The notes beneath the pieces were generated by a model. That model made no database searches. It saw nothing but the letters and a program-made list of their open reading frames with translations, and was not told the DNA's origin. Source: Haliotis rufescens (lineage: Eukaryota). From it: DNA of 64,000 bases. The translations under genes were made by a program, and so were the position numbers. The DNA lies in contig NW_025963779.1 in assembly GCF_023055435.1 (NCBI RefSeq), positions 24,552,001-24,616,000 on the forward strand. The letters run 5' to 3'. Positions 11,591 through 25,104 of this stretch are shown here, in pieces (within the stretch, counting starts at the first letter, position 1; each line of letters opens with the position of its first letter).

Positions 11591-12671
11591 TAACCTGTAG
11601 TAGTGGTGGGGCTCAACATATGTGTTCCTTATTTCACCAACATTTTGAAATTTGCACTTTGGACAGTGATCTTAATTTCTTTCAAAATGCATTTCCTCAC
11701 ACCGTAAACATCATCTCGTCAGCAAGCTGTGTTCCTCTGGAGCTGAAACTTCATTTGCTTGTTCCCAACGATGACATCTGAATATCTGAATTTGTTCCCG
11801 AGGTTTGAATCCGAGTTTTATAGCAACAGCCGAGGCGGCCGTATCGACACTTTATGGCGACTGCTCAGTCAGTTTAGGTCAAAATGTGCAGTAATGGTTT
11901 TAAATTCTATCAAGGTACACTGTTGATTCTGTAAACATCCTGGACTAGGCCAGATTAAGGAAACTCTGAGGATTTTACTGTGTTATTTGTGAAACAATGG
12001 GAAAATATGTATACCTTTGAAAAAAAAGATCTCCTTAGAAGATACAAGCATGATAAGACTCAGAATTGAAACTTTTGTTTAAAGTAAAGTTGACTATTGT
12101 GTATTGCAACAAAGTTCTACATTAATACATTTATTCCTGCACATTTAGAAACATCGTGAATAATTAGAGTAGCTGCCTTTGTTGACATGTTAAACTGTTA
12201 ACGCTACCGTGACACTATTTACACAAATTACCACTCAACTCAAACGTTCCTGAAATCACATAACAATTACGATAACACGTCAAAATATTTTCTATTTATA
12301 AATTTCGGGGTCATCTCACGTTGATATTTATGAATAATGACATTGTGGAATCAGGTTATGTATTTTATGATGGTCTTTCGTTGAAAACCTTTTTGCAAGG
12401 AATAATAATTCGAAGAACTGGATATTGTCTTCAGTTATTTCAAAATAGGTAAAGGGCCCAAAAATAAAATTGCAAGGTCCTTAAATCAAGTTACATGACT
12501 TGATATGATTTGATGCGTTCCTGCAGTTCTAAAGTTGGTTGGAATCAGGCCATGACTTGCATTTCATGTGTGGTGATGCATTTGTGAAGAAAGTACATAA
12601 AATGAACGCACAGAACCAGCCAACATTTAACACTTCTTGGTTTTAAGTTGCAGGCTCGAGAAGAGGAGAGG

Positions 12672-13089
12672 ATGGCAGGTGCCCGTCCACTACCCACTCA
12701 GGAACTATTTAAGATGGCAAACCAGATGGAGGTGGTCACGTACGTCGGGGACATCACGACGATAAGTGACGCCAGTGGCGTTGTGACGGGGGAAGGGCTG
12801 GAGTTTGAACATGATAGTTTTGTCACAAGGGCTCTGAAAGAAAATTCAAGTGAATTTGCTGTGAAAAGAGAAGAACTAAAGGGGAAAGCAAGACGTTTCA
12901 AGTCGTGGTCAGTTCACACCACGATACTATCTGAACCATCGCCATTTAGTTATGTCTTTCACGCCGTCATCAAAAGCCCTGACCATACCAACAGATGGGT
13001 GAAGAAAACGGAACACTTATACAAGACAATAATGAAGAAAGCAGAGAAGAATGATGTGAAAGTGTTGGCTATTCCTCTTCTTGGTACAG
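12672..13089 (+). CDS. DTX3L: Macro-RING-DTC Deltex-family E3 ligase (DTX3L-like, copy A), exon 1: macrodomain N-part
   Basis: Macro motifs YVGDIT, YVFHAV, VLAIPLLGTG. Donor GTGAGA at 13090, phase 1. The start may lie further upstream (acceptor at 12647). The symbol is family-level; orthology is not shown. Confidence 0.85.
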
Positions 13090-13658
13090 GTGAGATATGT
13101 GTACTCATCTTATATTTCATTGATGATTATTATAGAAGTATTCATGTAAGTATTCTTTGCACAGAAATTTGTGCAGGTGTTCGTTGGCGGCTTCTGTCGT
13201 GCGCACAGGCAACAACCAGACCGCAACGTAATGAGTGAGTGATTGTTGTTTAACGTCGCAGTCAGCAATATTCCAGCTACGTCACAGCGTTTGTTGATTA
13301 TATTAGCATGATTGTGTAAGCTAGCATGAATTGTCGTTGTGGATGTAGCTGGGGATGCAGATGTATTTTCAGCTGGGAGCCCTGTACATTGATAAAGACA
13401 GAACTTCTCTGTTTGACACTGACGACAACAGGGAACCTTACATTTCAAATGCAATATGTATGTGAGTCAGAACGTCTGCCTCTGTCAAACAGAGTGTAAA
13501 AAAGCTTCGCATCAGGATTATTCCAGGCAGCTGGCCCAACTAACAACTCTTCACAATGTGTTTTGTCAGCATTTGTACACGGATCCACATGATGTCCCCC
13601 ACAAAATTTGCTTGTTGCCACCAACGATGACATCTGAATAGATGTCATCACTCAATGA

Positions 13659-13817
13659 GTGAGTGAGTGAGTATGGTTTTACGCCGCAATATTCCAGCAA
13701 TATCATGGCAGGGAACACCAGAAATGGGCGTCACACATTGTACCCATGTCGGGAATCGACCCGGGTCTTCGGCGTGACGAGCGAACGCCTTAGCCACTGG
13801 GCTACCCGACCGCCCCA
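13659..13817 (-). mobile_element. tRNA-derived SINE family 1 with 12-bp TSD
   Basis: TSD ATCACTCAATGA at 13647-13658 and 13818-13829, inserted at the edge of the satellite. Confidence 0.9.
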
Positions 13818-13829
13818 ATCACTCAATGA

Positions 13830-16800
13830 CCGACATGATAACTCACACAACCTTTGTACACTACTAGTGTCATTGCTCAAAGATCGACATGATATCCCAA
13901 ACAACACACATGTACACTACTAGTGTCATTACTCAAAGATCGACATGATGTCCCAAACAACACACATGTACACTACTACTGAAGTAGTGTCATCACTCAA
14001 AGATCGACATGATGTCCCAAACAACACACATGTACACTACTAGTGTCATTACTCAAAGATCGACATGATAACTCACACAACCTTTGTACACTACTAGTGT
14101 CATTACTCAAAGATCGACATGATGTCCCAAACAACACACATGTACACTGCTAGTGTCATTGCTCAAAGATCGACATGATAACTCACACAACCTTTGTACA
14201 CTACTAGTGTCATTACTCAAAGATCGACATGATAACTCACACAACCTTTGTACACTACTAGTGTCATTACTCAAAGATCGACATGATGTCCCAAACAACA
14301 CACATGTACACTACTAGTGTCATTACTCAAAGATCGACATGATATCCCAAACAACACACATGTACACTACTAGTGTCATTACTCAAAGATCGACATGATG
14401 TCCCAAACAACACACATGTACACTACTAGTGTCATTACTCAAAGATCGACATGATGTCCCAAACGACACAGATGTACACTACTAGTGTCATTACTCAAAG
14501 ATCGACATGATAACTCACACAACCTTTGTACACTACTAGTGTCATTACTCAAAGATCGACATGATGTCCCAAACAACACACATGTACACTACTAGTGTCA
14601 TTACTCAAAGATCGACATGATATCCCAAACAACACACATGTACACTACTAGTGTCATTACTCAAAGATCGACATGATGTCCCAAACAACACACATGTACA
14701 CTACTAGTGTCATTACTCAAAGATCGACATGATATCCCAAACAACACACATGTACACTACTAGTGTCATTACTCAAAGATCGACATGATGTCCCAAACAA
14801 CACACATGTACACTACTAGTGTCATTACTCAAAGATCGACATGATATCCCAAACAACACACATGTACACTACTAGTGTCATTACTCAAAGATCGACATGA
14901 TGTCCCAAACAACACACATGTACACTACTAGTGTCATTACTCAAAGATCGACATGATATCCCAAACAACACACATGTACACTACTAGTGTCATTTCTCAA
15001 AGATCGACATGATGTCCCAAACAACACACATGTACACTACTAGTGTCATTACTCAAAGATCGACATGATGTCCCAAACAACACACATGTACACTACTAGT
15101 GTCATTACTCAAAGATCGACATGATGTCCCAAACAACACACATGTACACTACTAGTGTCATTACTCAAAGATCGACATGATAACTCACACAACCTTTGTA
15201 CACTACTAATGTCATTACTTAAATATCGACATGATGTCCCAAACAACACACATGTACACTACTAGTGTCATTACTCAAAGATCGACATGAAGTCCCAAAC
15301 AACACACATGTACAGTACTAGTGTCATTACTCAAAGATCGACATGATGTCCGAAACAAAACACATGTACACTACTAGTGTCATTACTCAAAGATCGACAT
15401 GATGTCCCAAACAACACACATGTACACTACTAGTGTCATTACTCAAAGATCGACATGATAACTCACACAACCTTTGTACACTACTAGTGTCATTACTCAA
15501 AGATCGACATGATGTCCCAAACAACACACATGTACACTACTAGTGCATTACTCAAAGATCGACATGATGTCCCAAACAACACACATGTACACTACTAGTG
15601 CCATTACTCAAAGATCGACATGATATCCTAAACAACTCACATGTACACTACTAGTGTCATTACTCAAAGATCGACATGATGTCCCAAACAACACACATGT
15701 ACACTACTAGTGTCATTACTCAAATATCGACATGCTGTCCCAAACAACACACATGTACAGTACTAGTGTCATTACTCAAAGATCGACATGATGTCCCAAA
15801 CAACACACATGTACACTACTACTGCAGTAGTGTCATTACTCAAAGATCGACATGATGTCCCAAACAACAAACATGTACACTACTAGTGTCATTACTCAAA
15901 GATCGACATGATATCCCAAACAACACACATGTACACTACTAGTGTCATTACTCAAAGATCGACATGATGTCCCAAACAACACACATGTACACTACTAGTG
16001 TCATTGCTCAAATATCGACATGATGTCCCAAACGACACACATGTACAGTACTAGTGTCATTACTCAAAGATCGACATGATGTCCCAAACAACACACATGT
16101 ACACTACTAGAGTCATTACTCAAAGATCGACATGATAACTCACACAACCTTTGTACACTACTAGTGTCATTACTCAAAGATCGACATGATGTCCCAAACA
16201 ACACACATGTACACTACTAGTGTCATTACTCAAAGATCGACATGATGTCCCAAACAACACACATGTACACTACTAGTGTCATTACTCAAAGATCGACATG
16301 ATGTCCCAAACAACACATATGTACACTACTAGTGTCATTACTCAAAGATCGACATGATGTCCCAAACAACCTTTGTACACTACTAGTGTCATTACTCAAA
16401 GATCGACATGATATCCCAAACAACACACACGTACACTACTAGTGTCATTACTCAAAGATCGACATGATGTCCCAAACAACACACATGTACACTACTAGTG
16501 TCATTGCTCAAATATCGACATGATGTCCCAAACAACACACATGTACAGTACTAGTGTCATTACTCAAAGATCGACATGATGTCCCAAACAACACACATGT
16601 ACACTACTAGTGTCATTACTCAAAGATCGACATGATAACTCACACAACCTTTGTACACTACTAGTGTCATTACTCAAAGATCGACATGATGTCCCAAACA
16701 ACACACATGTACACTACTAGTGTTATTACTCAAAGATCGACATGATGTCCCAAACAACACACATGTACACTACTAGTGTCATTACTCAAAGATCGACATG

Positions 16801-17022
16801 ATGTCCCAAACAACACACATGTACACTACTAGTGTCATTGCTCAAAGATCGACATGATAACTCATACAACCTTTGTACACTACTAGTGTCATTGCTCAAA
16901 GATCGACATGATAACTCACACAACCTTTGTACACTACTAGTGTCATTACTCAAAGATCGACATGATAACTCACACAACCTTTGTACACTTCTAGTGTGAT
17001 CACTCAAGGATCGACATGATGT
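13830..17022. repeat. Intronic 56/54-bp satellite array (about 57 units)
   Basis: Constant core TGTACACTACTAGTGTCATTACTCAAAGATCGACATGAT plus one of two variable segments; followed by poly-C at 17023-17048. Confidence 0.97.
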
Positions 17023-17435
17023 CCCCCCCCCCCCCCCCCCCCCCCCCCAAAAGATTATACAGCAGCAGTGTCATAACTCACCTATCATTATGTCCAACGG
17101 TAGTGTCATTATTTAAAGACTGGTCCTGTATATCCTGTATTAGATATGTTCTGAGTCTTCGCAATTCAGAGTAGCGATCCTTAGCTGTGACAGGATCCGC
17201 TGAACGTGGGTTCGAATAGCAGAGTCTACCTGATTATGAACCTTTGTCTCTCGGAGTCACACCCGTGCATCACCGTACATGTGTTTCACCAAATTGAACT
17301 TCTTGAAAAGCTTGACTTTCACCCTTCCTTTATGGCAGTATTATCTATATGAACTCTCGTGAACAATCACAAAACTAAATACTTGTATGCAGTTTGAAGT
17401 CTGCCTTTCAACGTGTGTATGTCTTTGCTTGTCAG

Positions 17436-19183
17436 GTCGAGGTGGTGCATCTCCAGCAGACGCTGCCCAGGCCGCTGTGAAAGCCGTGGCTAAGTTTGAC
17501 AACCAGCGCCTGCAGAAGGTGTTTTTGGTTACAATCGACAAATCCATCGGCGACACATTGTATACCCAGTGTGAATACCAAGGAAGTCCTCTCTGCCGTG
17601 AGAAAAACTTTAAACGTCGAAACTCCATTAGGAGGTTTTTTTGTGGAGGTTCAAGAACACAGGATGAGGATAGGGCTAGCTATGGGAAGGCACCAATGGA
17701 CAACCGTCCACGTTCTAACCGTAACAAAGACCAGAATCACAGCCGTCCGGTCGAGAAGTACACACAAATTGGAGATGAAAGGAGAGATGAAACCAATTTT
17801 CACCGAAATCAATATACAGGATCGATCGAGGGAAATGAGAATCACAACAGATATAGACCAGAAAATGAGTATGATGGTAGCTATAGAAAGGCACCAATGG
17901 ACAACCGTTCAGGTTCTCATCGCAACAGAGACCAGAACCGCAGATACCCGGATGAGGGGTACGGACCAATTACCCATGGGTATGAAGATTATGAGAGGGC
18001 TGAAACCGATATACATACAGGAGCGGTGAACACAAGTGAGAAACGCCACAGAGATAGGCGATCTGAAACGGTTCCAAATTCACGTACTGTGAATGACCGT
18101 GAAAACAGATGTGACACACGAGAAGCAGGGCACAGGCATGTAGATGGACAGGGTGATGATTATGGAAAACCAGTAAAGACCATGCAGACAAACCCGGGTG
18201 ACACGACACACAGAAATAATGCACATCACGAAGGAGTTGATGGGCATGGACAGGACAGGGGAGACTACTCTGGGTACAACAAAGCAAACAATGAGACCAT
18301 GTTTTCTTTGCCGGATCGACATCACAATGGCGATACAAGGGGTGAATCTGGAAACAGGTCGCTGAACGTTGCTGACGTACATTCAAGTCACATCCAGTCA
18401 CAAACCTTTCCAAAGCATTCCAGGTCAGAACCTGTATCTTCTCGCGCAGTGTTACATGGGAACACCTATACCGCACCCCACCGGGACACCACACATGACA
18501 GCCATCATTTGAGTTATAAGGGATACCACACTGATAAACATGGCGATGATGGTAGTCGACAACTGAGGCAACAAACCAAGACCACCAAGGCAACTCTTGT
18601 CGTCGGTCAGACATGTTTGGATGAAAGCGCATCTGGATTTGATCACAATGGCAGTGTCCACCATGGCACTAGTCGCTCACCCTATCCATTGACCGTCAAC
18701 CTTGATGCTGTCGGCGGAGAGCCAAGGAATGTAAGGCATACTTCAAGTACAGACAGGGTACGTGGCATGGATAATTCCACCAGACCAGAAGTCGGAATAA
18801 AGACTGAAATAAATGGAGTTCCCTGTGGGGATAGTACAGTCCCGCCTGGAAATAGCAATGCGAAGGTAGCAAGAAAGGAGAGTAGCAATGATGTCAAGCT
18901 CCTTGATATGAGTGTAACCAGAAGCTGTCCTATTTGTATTGGTCCAATCACAGACCCAAAATGGCTGAAGAAATGCGGCCATGTGTTCTGTCGGGAGTGC
19001 ATAGATGACAGCTTCAAGAAGTTCAAACCCGTGTGTCCCAGCTGCAACATGGTGTATGGCGTCCTGACGGGGAACCAGCCGGAGGGGTCGATGGATGTCG
19101 CCTTCAGCGGGGAGCACCTGCCTGGGTATGAGACCTGTGGCACCATCAGTATCACATACCATCTGCCTAGTGGCCTACAGAGG
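17436..19183 (+). CDS. DTX3L: Macro-RING-DTC gene copy A, exon 2: macro C-part, disordered linker, C3HC4 RING, DTC start
   Basis: Phase-1 acceptor completes GTG|RGG...AAVKAV...LQKVFLVTID. RING CPIC...CGHVFCREC...CPSC is followed by GNQPEG. Donor GTAAGT at 19184. Confidence 0.92.
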
Positions 19184-19596
19184 GTAAGTGTCATTGCAGT
19201 TACTAAAATGCATGTCGTCTATACACATTTATATATACGTGTTAGACTCAAACGTCAAGTTTAAATTGGTACACGTTGAAGTAATGTGAAATATTTTATT
19301 AGTGATGCAGTGTTTACAGTCAAATAACAAATTACAAAAGGCAGGAAGAAATTGGATAATTTTTATATATTTCTTCATTTCTAACCCTTTTCGCAAACAC
19401 CTCGTGTCATCACTGAATTTCAGTGATCCATTCGTAAATTTTTTTTGTGTCTTTTCCGCCCAGTTGTGTCTGTTTCGGCAGATAACAGAGACATGTAATT
19501 ATCTGGCGTAGACGTTACATATACATGTATATATGTGCAACCTGATGTTTGGGTGTGATGTTATTAAAACTTAAACTATACCACATGGTCTCGCAG

Positions 19597-19814
19597 GAAG
19601 ACCACCCGAACCCAGGACAGCCCTACAAGGGAACAACGAGACGAGCTTTCCTGCCAGACTGCCGAGAAGGTAGAGATGTTCTCCGCCTCCTGAAGAAGGC
19701 GTTTGACAGGAAGTTAACCTTTACCATCGGTCGTTCTACAACTACCGGTCAAGAGAATGTCGTAACGTGGAACGACATCCACCATAAGACGAACATGGAA
19801 GGTGGACCTACGAG
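19597..19814 (+). CDS. DTX3L: Macro-RING-DTC gene copy A, exon 3 (DTC core)
   Basis: EDHPNPGQPY...AFDRKLTFTIGRSTTTG...WNDIHHKT, with AG/GT borders. Confidence 0.93.
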
Positions 19815-20116
19815 GTAAACAGATGGTGTTTGTTTATGCGTCAAAATTATAATATTATTTGAACTATTTGTTTCGAAGCAATTGAAATACTTCTGTTCAG
19901 ATCAGTAGCACGAATACAAGTATTCAGCAAGCTGTCATATTCTCAAGTACATATTACGAGATACTCGCGAGAGATAGGATAAGCATAAACAGTAACACAT
20001 CCTACATGAATCTTACTAATTAAAACTGGCATTTCATTGCTCTGATTTAGTCTTGGCGAGTTGTTTATGCGTAACGTCAGTGACATGTTTTAGTAACACT
20101 GACATTCTGTCCGTAG

Positions 20117-20207
20117 ATTCGGCTATCCCGACCCAGGCTATCTGGAGCGGGTGAAGGACGAGCTTGCCAGCAAGGGCGTGACGGAAAACAAAGAGACGAC
20201 GTTTTAG
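20117..20207 (+). CDS. DTX3L: Macro-RING-DTC gene copy A, exon 4 (not in the ORF track)
   Basis: Phase-2 acceptor; FGYPDPGYLERVKDELASKGVTENKETTF*. Joined CDS 418+1748+218+91 = 2475 nt = 824 aa. Confidence 0.92.
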
Positions 20208-21404
20208 CGGACTCCGTCGTCTCTGAATGACCTTCAGGTGTCGAGAGAAGCATAGACATCATAGCCACACCACGTATTCGGAAGTGCTGTATGTTCCTTG
20301 TAATCCACACATGAGCCAGGTTACATGAAAAAACCCTGTTAAGACTATACTGAATGACTTCGACCAGAGATACCTGAACTAGGTGATGAAGAATGAGTGA
20401 CATTTTATAAATAATTCACATACCCGATGTACGTACGATTCTATATGATGACATTTATTTGGTACATGGGGGCTACGGTGGACCCCCATTCGTACGAGGC
20501 GACCAATGTATCGTTGGTCACGCTCGATAACTTAATTTATTGCGTGTAAGCTTACCCCACGGTGTCGGACTTTGTACATTATATCAATCAATGATTTTTC
20601 TCGTCCTGATTCCATAATGTACAGGCCTCAAAAAACAAAAAAAATTGTTATTTCTTATGTTCGTCCTTTTAACTGCAAATATTGTTTGAGAATGTCTGTA
20701 TTTGTGTTCCATGTGTGATAGGAAGGTGTTATATATCCTATTACTATAAAATCGATCTATAAATCGATCTAAAATCGAACCCAGTTCTATTCCCAAGGAA
20801 TAGTTATTGTTCCTATATATAAAAGTGACCAAACCCTCTCAACAACATATGAAATCTCTGCTGTAAGCAGAATCTATTGTGCGATTCCTACGATATCATA
20901 ACCAAGTTTTTATGAATCACTCTAAAATAGTGATGATACCAGGTGTTAGGTGAAAGACGAGTCTATCCAATGTGAGCGTATTGTGCCCGAATGGGGGAAC
21001 CCGTCACAAACACATGGGAAGGCACGTCGTTTGATCGCCTGAAAAGACATATAGAAACAACAATCTTCGACTATTTTGGAGGACCCTATGCCCGCGTTAT
21101 ATGGGGGTTGACTGTTGACGGAAGCAGTGCAGAGTGAAGGGACGGAAGAGCAATTATAATCAGATGTCGTTAGGCAATATATTATGTGTATATTTGTATA
21201 TCCTGTGCACATTCGTTTACAATGTCCTTTGCATGTTTACACAGATTTTTTCTAGGTTGTCTATTCATGGTTGTCAGTGATGTATTTAAGGATTTTGAAT
21301 ATTACGTTGTCACTAATAAATCAGAAAGTAGTTTATTGATGTTATTGAAACGATACGTTTTCTTATTTAACAAATTCACGATTGTCCGTTGTTGCTGGTA
21401 CCTT

Positions 21405-22310
21405 AGCGTCACCCTACATGCTTCAATGTACGTCACCCTACACACTTCAATGTACGTCACCCTACATACTTCAATGTACGTCACTCTACATGCATCAATG
21501 TACGTCACCCTACATGCATCAATGTACGTCGCCCTACATGCTTCAATGTACGTCACCCTACATGCATCAATGTACGTCACTCTACATACTTCAATGTACG
21601 TCACCCTACATGCATCAATTACGTCACCCTACACACTTCAATGTACGTCACCCTACATACTTCAATGTACGTCACTCTACATGCACCAATGTACGTCACC
21701 CTACATGCATCAATGTACGTCGCCCTACATACAGCAATGTACGTCACTCTACTTACTTCAATGTACGTCACCCTACATGCTTCAATGTACGTCACCCTAC
21801 ATGCATCAATGTACGTCACTCTACATACTTCAATGTACGTCACCCTACATACAGCAATGTACGTCACTCTACATACTTCAATGTACGTCACCCTACATAC
21901 AGCAATGTACGTCACTCTACTTACTTCAATGTACGTCACCATACATACAGCAATGTACGTCACTCTACATACTTCAATGTACGTCACCCTACATGCATCA
22001 ATGTACGTCACTCTACATACAGCAATGTACGTGACCCTACATACAGCAATGTACGTCACCCTACATGCTTCAATGTACGTCACCCTACATGCATCAATGT
22101 ACGTCACTCTACATACTTCAATGTACGTCATCCTACATACAGCAATGTAGGTCACCCTACATACAGCAATGTAGGTCACCCTACATACAGCAATGTAGGT
22201 CACCCTACATACAGCAATGTAGGTCACCCTACATACAGCAATGTAGGTCACCCTACATACAGCAATGCACGTCATCCCATATGCACTAATGTTCATGACC
22301 CTACATGCAA
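21405..22310. repeat. 24-bp minisatellite (CAATGTACGTCACCCTACATGCTT)
   Basis: Tandem units that produce spurious repetitive ORFs in several frames. Confidence 0.95.
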
Positions 22311-24288
22311 TATACGTTGGCATACATTATATTAGCTAACTACTTATATATTCTACGTAATTCACTTTACCCCATCGGCATGGCAATTCCTGATTAGAAC
22401 ATTGGTATGATGTTGTTTGTTGTTTGCTCATGTGAAACTTCGCAGATAAACGCTCACTAATTCTCGTTGTTAGTCCCTGTCTTCTCTGATCTCCTCTTCG
22501 AGGGGGCACGGTGGTCATTGGAACAGGCATAATTCAACGTGTAGAGTCGCGTCCTTTAATTGCAAGGATGTGTTCTGATCGTCGGTTCGAATCCCACATC
22601 CGCCCTTGATAGTATCTTTGGTTTGTGAACATCATATTGTGATCATTCCACCAAAGCCGTAAACGTCTACGATAAGCGCTACTTTGGGCTTATTCCCCAA
22701 TGAATCCCACACCGTGGTGTAACTATCCAAATCTAAACCACTGACACATAGATTAACTATAGTTATATGAAAGAATCGGATATTCTTTTACTTTCTTTGA
22801 GTACTATATGTCAATTCAGTGTTTTTGTGTTTTCATTATCAACATAATTAAAAAACCTAACGACCCGTGAAGATCCGGGGTAGAATAGGTCTTCAGCGAC
22901 CTAGTCTTGCCGTAAAAGGCGACTATGCTTGTTGTAAGAGGCGACTAACGGAATCGGGTGGTCAGACTCTCTGACTTGGTTGATGCATGTCATCGTATCC
23001 CAATTGCATGGATCGATGCTCATGATGTCAATCACTGGATTGTCTGGTTCAGACTCCATTATATACACACCGCCGACATATAGCTGAATAATTGCTGAGT
23101 GCGGCGTTAAACAACAAACAAAATAAAACAAACATACCTGACACATGTAAATCATCTGATGCTTATCAATCATTGACCTTTCAGTATCGGTTTCCTGGGT
23201 CCATAAAACATGATATTCCCCGAATTGTGGTCAATAGTTGTTTTATTACGTAATGTAAACAGGAAACATTTGATTTATTTATAACCATCAAAATTCAACC
23301 ATAATTCAATCACTCAAGATGACAGTGTGAGTGAGTGAGTTAAAATTTTAAGTCACATCGGCAATATTTCAGGCATATCGTGACTCCAGATGACAGAGGC
23401 AGTGGCAGGAGATACTGCTTCACAACAAGCTTTGCGTTACGAACTGTTTGATTGGCATTCTTGAAGTTAGTGAGGAAATAAGAAAACCTAAACCTTCTGG
23501 TTTATTGCATTTAGCGACGTTTCGATGTAGATTCTTACACTGTTACATTCTCGCTGATTCCATTGGCTAAACCGCGCAGGACAATACCACTTCTGATCGC
23601 TGCACGGCAAGTAGGATCTCAGGGCAATGCTAAGTTTTAAGGAAAGTATATGTAATGTGACCATTTATTAACCAGTGAAAGTACAGATATAATTTGTAAA
23701 TGTAATAATTTATTGTATCTATTGAATATATTGAAAAAAATGATTTGTAACAGAAAATGCACACCGTTGTAGTTTGCGATAATATACCATTATTGATGAG
23801 TGAGTGAGCGAGTTAGTGAGTGACTTAGTAATAATCATACTTATTTATAAGATATTTATTACCGATAAACTCTTGTTGGACACCTCTCAATCACTCCAGG
23901 TTAGAATTGGTCCCCTGCAACCGGTCGAAGCCAGTGAATAGTGCGGTGGTAAGCCAAAAGATTTAAGCATCCGATCACTACGAAGACACGGGTTTGATTC
24001 TTTGCATGGGTGAAGCACAAATAGGCTTAACCGTATAAAAGTTGATAATTTTACGTAACTATAGGATATTTTGCTACACAATGCACTTCTGAACAATGGT
24101 TTAAGGCACAGAATATAGGATACAAACAAAGACAGTTCTTCAAATATGCAGAGTAAGAGTTATGTTTCACCGACCGGTGTCTCTGCTATACACAATATCC
24201 CCTTTCACTAGCTACAATTGTGCCTCATTACTGGTTGCCTATATCCGCCGTAATACTGCTTAGATCAGTGTAAAGCCTCACTCAGTCA

Positions 24289-25104
24289 CTACAGATAGTC
24301 CATATAAGTTTTGATTGGAGCTTCGGGAGACGGGTCTCTGTCCCTCTTGTAAGGAATCTCCGTATGGTCCCGCTCCCATATCTCCAGCAGTAGAGAACTG
24401 AGACGCTGATTGGCTGCCACCTGGTCCGTGCACCTCAGTTTCTGTATGTTCTGCTCTGTAATCAATGGCATCCTTGCTGCATAGATAAGCAGTTTGGTCT
24501 CATCCCATGACACTTGACTCTGAGCTAGAACCCAGTCAACGATGGCTTTCAGCAGCACAAACTCACTTGACACTATAAGTTCTTTGTGAAGGACGACATC
24601 ATACAGCTGACGGAAACTCATGCCATTCAGTTCCCCTTTCTTCCATATATACTCAAAATGACGAAGGATAAAGTGATATACATCCATCTTGATGGTCGAG
24701 ACTTTATTTTTGATAGCTAGATCATGCAAAGTCAAATAAATATGCGCCCCTATGAGGTCACAATGCCTGAACTCCTCTTCAATAGCCAGCTTGAAGTCAT
24801 CCATTTGAAGTACTGTTGCTGTGTTTATGAGGAAGACGATGTTGTCTTCATGTAGCGGCGGTAGAACACCTGTGTACATGAAATTTAGGATATTCCTGAA
24901 GGCATTGACATCTACATCCTCCAACGTCATTTCACCATCCATAGCTGACAATCGCTGCTCCATATAAGGCGACATGGACTTGACAATGACCTTGTGACAC
25001 GGGAATGATACATCACCAACGACCACTGTCAGATCCGAGTATGACCCTCCATCCAGGGACTTCTTTAAACCCGCCATGAATAGGGATTTGTGTGAAATTT
25101 CCAT
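24289..25104 (-). CDS. BTB-BACK domain protein (kelch-like family without a propeller), 271 aa
   Basis: SDLTVVVGDVSFPCHKVIV...SPY...FRNILNFMYTG (BTB); ELIVSSEFVLLKAIVDW...RMPLI (BACK). Acceptor at 25107; possible upstream ATG-G at 25890-25893. Confidence 0.9.
   Translation of the reverse strand: MEISHKSLFMAGLKKSLDGGSYSDLTVVVGDVSFPCHKVIVKSMSPYMEQRLSAMDGEMTLEDVDVNAFRNILNFMYTGVLPPLHEDNIVFLINTATVLQMDDFKLAIEEEFRHCDLIGAHIYLTLHDLAIKNKVSTIKMDVYHFILRHFEYIWKKGELNGMSFRQLYDVVLHKELIVSSEFVLLKAIVDWVLAQSQVSWDETKLLIYAARMPLITEQNIQKLRCTDQVAANQRLSSLLLEIWERDHTEIPYKRDRDPSPEAPIKTYMDYL

Noticed and set aside
13830-17022. CRISPR-like look (palindromic constant core plus variable segment)
   Set aside because: The variable segments are only two recurring types rather than unique spacers; no cas genes; eukaryotic intron.
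17970-19194. Antisense and alternate-frame ORFs over the Deltex exon (and over the Tc1 and gag ORFs)
   Set aside because: Shadow ORFs with no recognisable motifs.
21186-22335. Long ORFs with MYVTLHAS / NVRHPT / QCTSPY repeats (also 56259-57068)
   Set aside because: A 24-bp unit keeps several frames open on both strands, so these are minisatellite artefacts.
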